Source: Polyangiaceae bacterium (GTDB lineage Bacteria > Myxococcota_A > Polyangia > Polyangiales > Polyangiaceae). From it: 64,000 nt of DNA. Both the position numbers and the translations under genes were made by a program. Under the pieces are notes generated by a model, which saw only the letters and a program-made list of their open reading frames with translations, ran no database searches and was not told the DNA's origin. Below, in pieces: positions 18,984-29,800 of this stretch. Every line of letters begins with the position of its first letter. The stretch's first letter is position 1. Location: assembly GCA_033763455.1 (NCBI GenBank), contig JANRKO010000006.1, positions 448,001 through 512,000 on the forward strand, in the 5' to 3' direction.

Positions 18984-19399
18984 TGGCGCGCCGCACGCTT
19001 CGCAGTTCCGAACGCCGTATCTTCTTCCCTTGGGAAGCTCGTGGTGGCCTTGGGCGTTGGTTGCGGGTTGGTCGTGTGCGTTCGGTTGTGTTCGTGGTGG
19101 CCTTGTTAGCTCTCGTACTCCTCATTGCCTCCAGGGAACGCAGGGATTCAGGGCTTCGGCAAACGCGGGCGGCACTATTTACGCTTCGTCACGCGGTGGA
19201 TGCCTATGTGGCGGATCACCAAGGGGCTTGCCCGGCCGCTCTCTCCGCGACTCTAGAGTATACTTCGCTAGAGAGCGTTCCACGCGACGCTTGGGGGCGA
19301 GCATTTCGCTTCATCTGCCCAGGTCGAGATCAACAAGCCTACGAGCTCATGAGTGACGGGCCAGACGGCGAGCCCGAGGGATTGGATCGCATTAAATGA
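18980..19399 (+). CDS. GspG-like pseudopilin-domain protein lacking a prepilin cleavage motif
   Basis: TM segment, helix (LRHAVDAY), PRDAWG and LMSDGPDG GspG-type C-terminal motifs; no G|F-x-x-x-E. Confidence 0.75.
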   Translation: MMARRTLRSSERRIFFPWEARGGLGRWLRVGRVRSVVFVVALLALVLLIASRERRDSGLRQTRAALFTLRHAVDAYVADHQGACPAALSATLEYTSLESVPRDAWGRAFRFICPGRDQQAYELMSDGPDGEPEGLDRIK

Positions 19400-19406
19400 G
19401 GAAATT

Positions 19407-19925
19407 ATGAGGAAATATTCAACAGCATCGACGAACGCACTTTTGGAGCTCGGCCAGCTCCGCGCCAAGCTCCGTTCACGCTCTGAGCGTCAGGAGCGTC
19501 CGCGCCGGCTCCTTGGGAAGCTGGGCATACCTACCCTGGCTACCCGTGGCGTGACGCTCGTGGAAGTGATGATCGTGGTGGCGATCATGGCGATGGTGGC
19601 GGGTGGCGTTGCGTTGGTCGTTATTCCGAAGTTCAAGAAGGCCCAGGTTGATACTGCTGAGTCCGGCGCTCGCGTGATTCGCCAGGCTGTGCAACAATGG
19701 CAGATGTCCAACGCTGACTGCCCCACCGTCAGTCAGTTGGTGCAGCAGAAGCTTCTGGATAAGGGGGCAAATACCGTGGACCCTTGGGGCAATCGATTCC
19801 AGATCAATTGCGACAATGACGAGATCACCGTGTCGACGGCGGGCCCCGACAAGAAGACCGGGACTGCAGACGATGTCACGGTGCCGAAGCCGAGCGCTCC
19901 GGAAGAAGGCGCCGAAGGCAAGTAG
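19407..19925 (+). CDS. gspG: Major pseudopilin G
   Basis: RG|VTLVEVMIVV prepilin motif, DPWGN, STAGPD..GTADD; ATG 19407 with GAGG RBS. Confidence 0.85.
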   Translation: MRKYSTASTNALLELGQLRAKLRSRSERQERPRRLLGKLGIPTLATRGVTLVEVMIVVAIMAMVAGGVALVVIPKFKKAQVDTAESGARVIRQAVQQWQMSNADCPTVSQLVQQKLLDKGANTVDPWGNRFQINCDNDEITVSTAGPDKKTGTADDVTVPKPSAPEEGAEGK

Positions 19926-19946
19926 GGCGATTGCTGCGAGTGAGCC

Positions 19947-20663
19947 ATGTTGCACGCATCACGATCAAGGAGTTCGGAACGGGGGATCACCCTCGTCGAG
20001 CTCTTGATCGTGATCTCGATTATCGCGCTCCTCACGGGCTCGGTTATGTTTGGCTCGGGAATGTTGGGTGGAAGCCGGCTACGTGGCGCGGCAATGCTAG
20101 TGCTCAGCGCCTCGCGGCTGGCGCAATCTCGGGCCAGTACCATTGGCCGCCCGGTGCGCTTGGTTCTGGATCTGGATCATAGCCGTATCGATATGCAGGA
20201 AGCGGTGTCGCGGCAGGTAACCCGTATTCGTGGGCCCGAGGATTTTCCAGATGAACAGCTCGGCTCTGAGTTGGAAGGGGCTGCGCAAAAAGAAGCTGAA
20301 CGTGTCACCAAAGGCGATGAAGGCAAAGCGCCTGTCTCACGTTTTACTCCCTCCCCGCAGTTTGCTTCGGATCTGGGGGACGAGCAGAAGGGCAGCGGGA
20401 AGCTGCTGGGCAAAGGCATCGTGTTTCGACAGGTGCAGGTGGCTCGTGATCCGGACCCTCGCACCCGCGGTAAGGTGGCGATCTACTTCTGGCCGGGCGG
20501 TGAGACGGAGCGCGCGAGCATCCAGCTAAAACAGGAGCACAGTGATGCTGGCATTACGGTGCATTTGAGCGCGCTTACCGGGCGGGCGAAGCTTGAGCCG
20601 GGCTTTCAGGATCTACCAGAAGCGCCCCAGGATGAGCCCTTCAGCGAGCGGCCAGACGAATGA
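19947..20663 (+). CDS. gspH: Minor pseudopilin H/FimT-like
   Basis: RG|ITLVELLIV; YFWPGG; position in the operon. Confidence 0.8.
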   Translation: MLHASRSRSSERGITLVELLIVISIIALLTGSVMFGSGMLGGSRLRGAAMLVLSASRLAQSRASTIGRPVRLVLDLDHSRIDMQEAVSRQVTRIRGPEDFPDEQLGSELEGAAQKEAERVTKGDEGKAPVSRFTPSPQFASDLGDEQKGSGKLLGKGIVFRQVQVARDPDPRTRGKVAIYFWPGGETERASIQLKQEHSDAGITVHLSALTGRAKLEPGFQDLPEAPQDEPFSERPDE

Positions 20664-21409
20664 AGAACCTCGGCTTTACCCTGCTTGAAGTTCTCGTCGC
20701 GATAGCGATCTTGGGTCTTGGCCTCACCGGCATTTTGGGTGCGGAAACGGGCGCCTTTTCGAGCGCGGCGCGCGCGGAACACATGAGTGTGGCCACGGAT
20801 CTAGTGCGTTGCAAGATGGCGGAGACGGAGCTCAAGCTGGTGCAGATGGGCTTTCCGCTTACTGATGAGTCCTACGAAGGCGCGTGTTGCGAGGAGGAAG
20901 ATCAATCCACCTATACCTGCGAATGGACAGTCGATCGGGTGAAGCTGCCTGAGCTTCTAAGCACTGAGAGCGCGGCCAACGGAGATAGTGCGGCGCCCAA
21001 TGCTTCAAGCACATCTTCTTCAGAGCTTGGGCCCCTCGGGGTCTTAGCGGACATTCAGAAATCCAAGGGTGCTTCGCTGGGGGATAAGCCGAGCGTGGAG
21101 TCGTTAACAGAGCAAGTCGGGGAATCCGCGGGGGGTATCCAGGGCATGACACAAATGCTCTTTGGTTTCGTTTACCCAAGCTTCAAGCCCCTCCTCGAAG
21201 CCAGCATTCGGAAGATCACGGTGACGGTGAAGTGGAAGGAAGGAAAGCTAGATAGGGATCTCACCGTTAGCCAGTATTTTACCGATCCCCAAAAGGGCGG
21301 TTTCGAAGGCGAAATTGATGGTCAACCCGGAGCGGCTGCGTCTGGCTCCTCGGCAAGCCCGTTTCCCTCCAGTACTGCGCGCAGCCTTGCACCACAGGTG
21401 GGCCAGTGA
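20660..21409 (+). CDS. gspI: Minor pseudopilin I
   Basis: LG|FTLLEVLVAIAI; IRKITVTVKW; position in the operon. Confidence 0.8.
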   Translation: MKNLGFTLLEVLVAIAILGLGLTGILGAETGAFSSAARAEHMSVATDLVRCKMAETELKLVQMGFPLTDESYEGACCEEEDQSTYTCEWTVDRVKLPELLSTESAANGDSAAPNASSTSSSELGPLGVLADIQKSKGASLGDKPSVESLTEQVGESAGGIQGMTQMLFGFVYPSFKPLLEASIRKITVTVKWKEGKLDRDLTVSQYFTDPQKGGFEGEIDGQPGAAASGSSASPFPSSTARSLAPQVGQ

Positions 21410-22137
21410 CGTTGCGAATAGCAATGAGTGGCCGCTCCGTTCGCAGGCGTCGTGGGTTTACGCTGATAGAGCTGATGATCGCGGTTGCCGTGTTGGCGAT
21501 GATCACCACGCTCGTTTATTCGGCATTCGCGGGGATGAAGAAGAGCCGAGACGGCGTGCTCCGCATTACTGACCGTTATCGCGAAGGACGAATCGCGATG
21601 TCTATTATCGTGCGTGATCTCCAGAGCGCATTTTTGAGCTCGAATATTCCGGTGAGTAACACCACCCCGAGCCGCGTTACCGCTTTCATCTCCAAACAGG
21701 GCACACCGCTCGATCGCGTGGACTTCGCAACTTTGGCTTATCGGCGATTGGATACAGATGTGCACGAGTCTGATCAGGCCGAGGTGTCCTACTTTGGTTC
21801 CAAAGATCCAGAGAGCGATGCGGTGGATCTCGTGCGGCGGGTGGACCCATTGATCGATACCGACCCAGAACACGGTGGGCGCGTTGAAGTGTTGGCCACC
21901 GATGTGGCTCTCTTTGATGTGCAATACTTAGACCCTCTCACGGGCCTTTGGGTCGAAGAGTGGGACACCCGCCAAGCCACCGGCGTGGGTTTCCGATTGC
22001 CGCACCAAGTGCGCGTTCTTCTGGTGTTGCACGACGGCAACCGCAAGGAAGCGGCCGGCGAACGGGAAGACATCCGATTTATCACCAAGGTGCCGCTGAT
22101 GGTCTCGGCCCCGCTGAAGTTCACCGCTGAGTTCTGA
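21406..22137 (+). CDS. gspJ: Minor pseudopilin J
   Basis: RG|FTLIELMIAVAV; RDLQSAF; WVEEWD..LP.QVRV. Confidence 0.85.
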   Translation: MTLRIAMSGRSVRRRRGFTLIELMIAVAVLAMITTLVYSAFAGMKKSRDGVLRITDRYREGRIAMSIIVRDLQSAFLSSNIPVSNTTPSRVTAFISKQGTPLDRVDFATLAYRRLDTDVHESDQAEVSYFGSKDPESDAVDLVRRVDPLIDTDPEHGGRVEVLATDVALFDVQYLDPLTGLWVEEWDTRQATGVGFRLPHQVRVLLVLHDGNRKEAAGEREDIRFITKVPLMVSAPLKFTAEF

Positions 22138-22144
22138 GGCCAAC

Positions 22145-23587
22145 GTGCGAGGCTTACGTCGAATCTTTTCCGCCTATCTGGAGTCGCGGCGTGGAAGGTG
22201 GCGGCGTCGAGGCGTTGCGCTGATCTTGGTGCTCACATCATTGGCCATGCTCACGCTGATGCTCACAGAGTTTCAGACGGAGGTTTCTACGGATCTCGGT
22301 AGTGCCCTCACCAAACGCGACGCGCTAAAGGCCGAATACGCAGCCAAGAGTGGCATTAATCTCACCAGGCTCTTGATTGCCAGCGAACCGAGCATTCGCC
22401 AAGCCTTGGCGCCGGTTTTTGCGATGCTCAATCAGCCCGCCCCGCAGATCCCGGTTTGGAATTTTGCCGATCAAGTGTTGTCGGCCTTTAACGACGAGTT
22501 AGGGCGCGAGAGCTTCGCGGCGTTCGCGGGCGCCACGTTTGGAGATCCGAGTGAGCATAAGCTGGGGCTGCAGGGCGCGCGCTTCGAGATCCAGGTGGTG
22601 GACGAGGAGTCCAAGATCAACGTGAACATGCCGGCTGGCGGTGGCATTTTTCAGCAAGAATGGTTGGCCGGGCAGCTTACGAGCCTGATGGCCGGCGAGC
22701 AGTATGATTCGATTTTCGGAAATCGGGATTTGGATGGGAACTTCTCCGAGCGGCGCAACATTTGCTCCGAGATCATAGATTTTACCGATCCGAACCAGGA
22801 CGCGCACCCCTGCGATCCCACGGCCACTACAGCGCAAGCCAGTGGCCCCGAGCTTGACTACTATCAGCAGTTGAAGCGCCCCTACCAACGGAAGAACGCG
22901 GCGTTTGATACCCTCGAAGAACTGCGCATGGTGCGGGGCATTGGCGACGCGTTTTGGTCCAAGTTTGTCGAACCGGACCCCGATGACCCAAACAAGCGCG
23001 TCTTCACTGTGTGGACCGATGAACGCGTGAACGTGAACTCCGCTAATCCGCAGGTGATACTGGCGGTTATCTGCTCCAATGCCGAGGAAGGGCAGCCTAT
23101 TTGCACCGATCCGGTCCAAGCGGCCACGTTTCTCAGCTTGATCGGCATGGTGCGCGCCGTGAGCGGCGGAGCGCCACTCTTTGCTTCGCCCGAAGATTTT
23201 CGGCGAACTATGGAGGGGCAAAACAAGAGCTCCATTTTCGCGACCATGAAAGATCTGATCAACCTGCCGGTGGTGAAGTTTAAGGGCCAGCTTGATAAAG
23301 TGGTCACCACCACGAGCAAAGTCTTCAGCATATATGCAACGGGCGTGGTCGAGATAGGCAAGCGAGAAACTCGACGTCGGATCCAGGCAGTGGTCGACTT
23401 CCGTAAGGCGCCCTTGCCGGATCAGCCAACGTTTCAGCCGAATTCTAGCTCAAGCGCGCCGAGCGCGTCTTCGACCGCGCCGCCCGCGCCGAGCGTGCAG
23501 TTGCCTCCGGGTGCAACGGATGCGGCCCTGAGCAACCTGTTTCGTCCCAACCCTGCTGGGACTGTGATCTACTACAAGGTGGACTGA
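22145..23587 (+). CDS. gspK: Minor pseudopilin K
   Basis: RG|VALILVL (no E5), DEESKINVN, FDTLEELRMVRGI, VNVNSA. Confidence 0.92.
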   Translation: MRGLRRIFSAYLESRRGRWRRRGVALILVLTSLAMLTLMLTEFQTEVSTDLGSALTKRDALKAEYAAKSGINLTRLLIASEPSIRQALAPVFAMLNQPAPQIPVWNFADQVLSAFNDELGRESFAAFAGATFGDPSEHKLGLQGARFEIQVVDEESKINVNMPAGGGIFQQEWLAGQLTSLMAGEQYDSIFGNRDLDGNFSERRNICSEIIDFTDPNQDAHPCDPTATTAQASGPELDYYQQLKRPYQRKNAAFDTLEELRMVRGIGDAFWSKFVEPDPDDPNKRVFTVWTDERVNVNSANPQVILAVICSNAEEGQPICTDPVQAATFLSLIGMVRAVSGGAPLFASPEDFRRTMEGQNKSSIFATMKDLINLPVVKFKGQLDKVVTTTSKVFSIYATGVVEIGKRETRRRIQAVVDFRKAPLPDQPTFQPNSSSSAPSASSTAPPAPSVQLPPGATDAALSNLFRPNPAGTVIYYKVD

Positions 23588-25095
23588 TGGCGAGAGTAGT
23601 TGGAATAGAGATTGACGGAGCTGTCGTACGGGCGGCGCTGCTCGCCGTAAGCGGCCGACGCGTTACGGTGGAGCAAATGCAGGAAGCGTCCGTGGAGGCT
23701 GCCGGCTCCTTACAGCTTGCGTTGAAGCAGGTCACCGTGCCGATGCTGCACCACGGTGAGGCGTTCGCGGCCTCCCTCAACGGTACCCAGGTGCTGGCAC
23801 ATCGCTTGGATTTGCCGAAAACAGCGCTGAAGCAGCTTGCGGATGTGTTGCCGTATGAGATCGAAGCCAAAGTGCCGATCGATATGGATGAGCTCGTTTA
23901 CGACTACCACGTACTCAAGTCGGGGGCAGCATCTGGCGTTGGCGTCCTCGCTGTGTGCGCTCGCACTGAACACGTCCGCAGTTTTCTGGAACAGCTCCGG
24001 TCAGGGCTCGGGCGAGAGCCGGAGCGAGTAGGTGCTGGTGCGGCTTGCCTTGCAAATTTGCAGAGCATATCGGACGCCTTGAAGCAGCCTGGCCCGTACG
24101 CGTTGGTAGATTTAGGGCCCACGCAGACCGACGTGGTGATTGTTGATCAAGGCGAAGTGGTGTTGTTGCGCACCCTCTCCCGAGGAGTGAACGGTCTGCC
24201 GGAAACGGCGCCACAGCTCTCCGCCGAACTGCGCCAGACTTTTCTCGCTTGGGTGGGTCAGGGCGGCGGCCAAGTATCGCAGGTGTACCTCGCCGGGAGT
24301 GGCGCCCATACACCGCTTGCGGCGGAGTATCTCGCGGGAACGCTTGGTACCCCAGTTTCTCAACTGCCTCCACTCACTATCGAGAACCTGACGCCAGAAG
24401 TGAGCGAAGCTTTGCCGAGGTTCGCAAAAGCTATCGGTGCGGCGCTTGGCCTTGCTAGTAGACCTCGTGACTTTGACCTTCGGCGTGGGCCATTAGCATT
24501 TCAGCGAGGTTATGGGTTCCTAAAGGAGAAAGTTCCGCTGCTGGCAGGCTTTGCTATTGCAATCGTCATCAGCTTTCTGTTTTCCATGGGTTCTAATTTG
24601 TACGTGCTTTCACGAGAGCGTGAGAAACAAATGGCGACGCTTGCCCAAGTATCGGCGGAGGTGTTGGGGCGTGAGGCGGAAGACGCCGAAGACGCCATGT
24701 TGCTTTTGGCGAAGGCACGCGAACAAGACGAGGTGGACCCAATGCCACTTTTGGACGCCTACGATGTCTTGATCGAATTTTCGAGTGCAGTGCCGACCAC
24801 TATCACCCACGACATTGAGGCCTTTGACATGCAGCGTGGCCACGTTCGCCTGAACGGTGTTTTGGGGACGGCGGATGAAGCGCAGCGCATCTTGAGCGGA
24901 CTCAAGGAAAAACGGTGTATCCGGGACGCGAACGTCTCCAAAATTTCCCAAGCCGTAAATAGCGATCGCAAAAAATACGTGCTCGAATTTGACGTGAAAT
25001 GCCCCGAAGAAGACGGGAAGAAGAAACCCAAAAAAACGAGCAGCACAGCTGAGGCAGGGGATACCCCCGCCGCTACCGAACAGGTGAGCCCATGA
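23587..25095 (+). CDS. gspL: Type II secretion protein L (PilM-like actin fold, TM, periplasmic domain)
   Basis: VGIEID, LPYEIE..VP, LVDLG, YLAGSG; TM near residue 320. Confidence 0.85.
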   Translation: MARVVGIEIDGAVVRAALLAVSGRRVTVEQMQEASVEAAGSLQLALKQVTVPMLHHGEAFAASLNGTQVLAHRLDLPKTALKQLADVLPYEIEAKVPIDMDELVYDYHVLKSGAASGVGVLAVCARTEHVRSFLEQLRSGLGREPERVGAGAACLANLQSISDALKQPGPYALVDLGPTQTDVVIVDQGEVVLLRTLSRGVNGLPETAPQLSAELRQTFLAWVGQGGGQVSQVYLAGSGAHTPLAAEYLAGTLGTPVSQLPPLTIENLTPEVSEALPRFAKAIGAALGLASRPRDFDLRRGPLAFQRGYGFLKEKVPLLAGFAIAIVISFLFSMGSNLYVLSREREKQMATLAQVSAEVLGREAEDAEDAMLLLAKAREQDEVDPMPLLDAYDVLIEFSSAVPTTITHDIEAFDMQRGHVRLNGVLGTADEAQRILSGLKEKRCIRDANVSKISQAVNSDRKKYVLEFDVKCPEEDGKKKPKKTSSTAEAGDTPAATEQVSP

Positions 25096-25667
25096 GCGTT
25101 AGAGATAAACTCGACCAGCTTGAGCCGCGCGAGCGACAGCTACTCGGCGGTTTGGCGGCATTTTTCGTAGCAGCCGTCGTGCTATTTTTACCAGGGCTGC
25201 TCTGGGCAAAGGTGGCAAGTCAGCGGGAGGCTGTGGATGAATTGCGTGACGCAATTTTAGAAATTCAGAATAGTCGAGCGAAGGTGGCCGAGGTGGCGGC
25301 TGTGCGGCAGTCGATTCTGGACCGCTATTCCCGTCCCGCTCCTCCACTTTCGAGCTTTCTCGCGGGCTTGGCCAAAGCTAGTGAACTTGAGATCCCAGAG
25401 ATTCAAGACGCTGACGTAAAACCCCACGGAAAAAAGTACGAGGAGCGGCTCACCAACATCGTGCTGCGGAAGGTGAGCATGTACAACTTCGTGAAATTCA
25501 TGGAGAGCATCGCGCAGTCACCGCACCCGGTGTCTATTTCGAGGCTGAGCATCAACAAGCGCGGCAGCGAAGAGGATTCGTTCGACATTCAGATGACGGT
25601 GAGTGCCTTCGATCGCAAGGCGCCGGCCAAGAAGACGAGTAAACAAACAGAGGTTGAGGCGCCGTAA
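25092..25667 (+). CDS. gspM: Type II secretion protein M
   Basis: LEPRERQLL before a TM, coiled coil, ferredoxin-like C-terminal domain; position in the operon. Confidence 0.85.
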   Translation: MSVRDKLDQLEPRERQLLGGLAAFFVAAVVLFLPGLLWAKVASQREAVDELRDAILEIQNSRAKVAEVAAVRQSILDRYSRPAPPLSSFLAGLAKASELEIPEIQDADVKPHGKKYEERLTNIVLRKVSMYNFVKFMESIAQSPHPVSISRLSINKRGSEEDSFDIQMTVSAFDRKAPAKKTSKQTEVEAP

Positions 25668-25688
25668 GGCTTGGGAAGCTGGTTGACC

Positions 25689-26765
<1,077 letters not shown>

Positions 26766-26823
26766 ACCTCGGGGTTTTGCCCCATAGGCTTAGGAAATAC
26801 CCGGAATGTGCCGCTAAAAATGG

Positions 26824-29800
26824 GTGGGCTCTTTCAAAGATCGGACCGAAGCCGCACGGGCAGGGGCTCTCGACACCGAGCCTCCTCGGAAACGTGATGA
26901 ACAAGCACGCGTAACGTTACGCTTCGAGCACGGGCCGACGGCGCCGCGAGTGAGTCCAGATGTAGCTCTGGCGCCAAGGGGTGAGGCCAGGGCAACACTG
27001 CCCGTTGGAAGCCCTGCAGGCGTGAGCACCAAACGCTCACCCGAACCTTCCGCGACGCTGCCTGTCCCTGAAACGTTTCTGGAGCTCGGAATTTCGGCGC
27101 CGGTCGAGATACAGATCTTGGAGCAAGGGGCGTCGTCGCCGGACTCGCTGACTCCGGAACATCCTCAGCGTTACGTGTCGTCGTTTGAGGTGGGTAGAGG
27201 CGGGATCGGAAGAGTCTTTATCGCGAGCGATCGTCACCTGAATCGGAGCGTGGCGGTAAAAGAGTTGCTTTTGGCCAGGAATGCCGTCGGCAACTGGCGG
27301 CGCCAAACCGAGCTTCGTTTCATCCGGGAAGCGAGGATCACTGGCCAACTGGAGCATCCAAACATCATCGGCGTCCACGAACTGGGCAAGCGCGCCGATG
27401 GCTCGCTCTACTATACGATGCCCGTTATCCAGGGGCGCACTTTGGCCAAAGCCATCGAGGAATGCACGACGTTGGTTGAGCGCCTAGCGCTCATGCAACA
27501 CTTCCGTGGTGCGTGCCAAGCAGTGGCCTATGCCCACAGCCGCGGGGTGATTCATCGCGATATTAAGCCGGAAAACGTCATGATCGGGCAATTCGGTGAA
27601 ACCATAGTGCTCGATTGGGGGTTAGCAAAAGTCACGCAGCCAGAGCCTGCGGCCTCTTCAGCCGGCGAGGAAGATCGGATGAGCTTGAGCGGAAGAGCTA
27701 TCTCCCTCTCTCCGCCAGAGCGTGAATTAGATCCAGTGAAGGGAGAAGGGAACGCACTCACGCTCGCGGGAACGGTATTCGGAACACCCTCATATATGAG
27801 CCCGGAACAAGCTTTGGGGCAAATAGATGAGTTGGACGAACGTACCGACGTTTGGTCGCTCGGTGCGGTCTTGTTCACGATGCTATCCGGCTATCCGCCA
27901 TTCGATGGTTCCGATCCGCAGCAGATCCTGCGGCGCGTCTTGACGGCTCCCGTGCCCGACCTAGAGGTGCTTGAACCCGAGGTTCCACCCGAATTGGTGG
28001 CAATCGTACGCAAGGCACTATGTCGTGATCTGGCTGTGCGCTATGCGACCGCTTCAGAACTGTTGGCTGAGGTTGAAGCGTACCTTTCGGGCGCGCGCGT
28101 GCGCGCTTACAGGTACTCATGGTGGGAGAGCGCCTCTCGGTGGATAAGCAGGAACCGTGCGGCATTCGCCGTCGCCATCGCGGGCACCGTTTCGCTCTTA
28201 ACGTTCGCCGTGGTGTATCAAGTAAAGCTACTAAAGGCCCGAGATGAGGCCCTTTTGGCGGAGAAGACGGCACAAAGTAGCGCACATTCCGCGGCCGAGA
28301 GTGCCAGAAAGGCTCAACTTAGCCTGGCCTCACTGCTAGTTGAGAAAGCAAGCAATCAGGTTCGTGCCGGCGATGCCGCCACGGCGCGAGATCTCGCTCG
28401 GCAGGCACTCGCTATCGAGGAGAGCCCGTTGGCTCGGGGCATCTACGTGAGCACCTCGAATGTACCATTGGCGGTACTTGAAGTGTCTGGCCACTTTTCG
28501 GAAACCTGTTCGGTGGTGAGCATCGATCGCACAGGGGAAAGTGTCGCCTGTTTGTCGGGAGCGCGGGTTGCGCTGTGGAGCGCTCCTACGGGGCGGCTCA
28601 GGTGGCAAGCAGCGCTCGCAGTGAATGAGCCCGTCTCGGTGTATGCGCTGGACCGAGGCCGTGTGCTCGTGGTCGCTCGCGGCGGCGAGCTTGAAGTGTT
28701 GGATGGTGAGAAGGTTCAGCACTTGGCACCTATCCCGCGGACTTTCGGTTCGCCTTTGCGAACGGCGCTATCACCGGACGCGGCGGCGCTTGCGATTGTC
28801 ACCAGTCAGCAGAAGCTCTTGCTGCTCGACCTTACGCGTGGAACGCTGGATAAAAAGCCAGATCCACAGGAAGAGGTGTCAACGCTTTCGTTTTCAAGAG
28901 ATGGAAGCACGTTGGCCCTTGGCGGCAAACGCGGAGGCCTGGTTCTTTTGCCGCTTGGCACCGGAGAGAGCCGGCACTTCACCCCGCATTCTGGCAGCGT
29001 TGTGGCTCTTTCGTTTTCGCCCGACGGACGTTTCCTCGCCACGGGCAGCAGCGACCGTACCGCCAGGGTTTGGAACCTGAAGAGTCTTGAGGAGGTGTCC
29101 AAAAGCTTCATCGGTGATGGTGCCATCAACGCCGTGGATTGGTCCGCTGACAGCCGCACGCTGGTGTTTGGCGGGGAAGACCGCGGGGTGCGCGTCGTGG
29201 ATCTGCGAGAATCGGCGTTCGGTCTAACGTTGCCGTTGGCCGAAGGTGCCGTTCGGGCGGTGCAAGCCCTTGAGGATGGAGCGCGCGTCGTCAGCGTCAC
29301 CGAGCGGATGTTTCGGGTTTGGCGGAGGCGTGCACCCAAGTTCCCAACACGCCTTGTTCAGAGTTCCAATATCTTGAGCCTCAGCTTCGACCGGACAGGG
29401 GACGTATTGGCGGCAGGCTTGCGGGAAACGGGTATCTGTGCGTTCGACTTGCAACAGAGTCGCTGCTCCACACGTTTGCCCGTGGAGTTGTCCGAAGTGC
29501 GCACGCTGTCGTTCGAACCCAAGCGGCGTTGGCTGGCTGCGGGAGGGACTGGTGGGGACACTATGTTGTGGGATCTCAATACGAAGCTCCCCATCAGAGT
29601 CCTTCCAGGGAACGCTGGCGGCACGCGCGGCAGCGCCTTTTCTGCCGATGGGCGGTATCTGGCAACGGTCGGGAAAAGTGGCGCTCTTTCGGTATTTGAA
29701 CCAGCCAGCGGTGCAGTGGCGTTTGCAGCTGAAGTGCCAAGCGGCCTGTCGTCAGTTGTTTGGAGTAGTGCGCAACACGGATTCGTAGTCGGGCGTCTGG

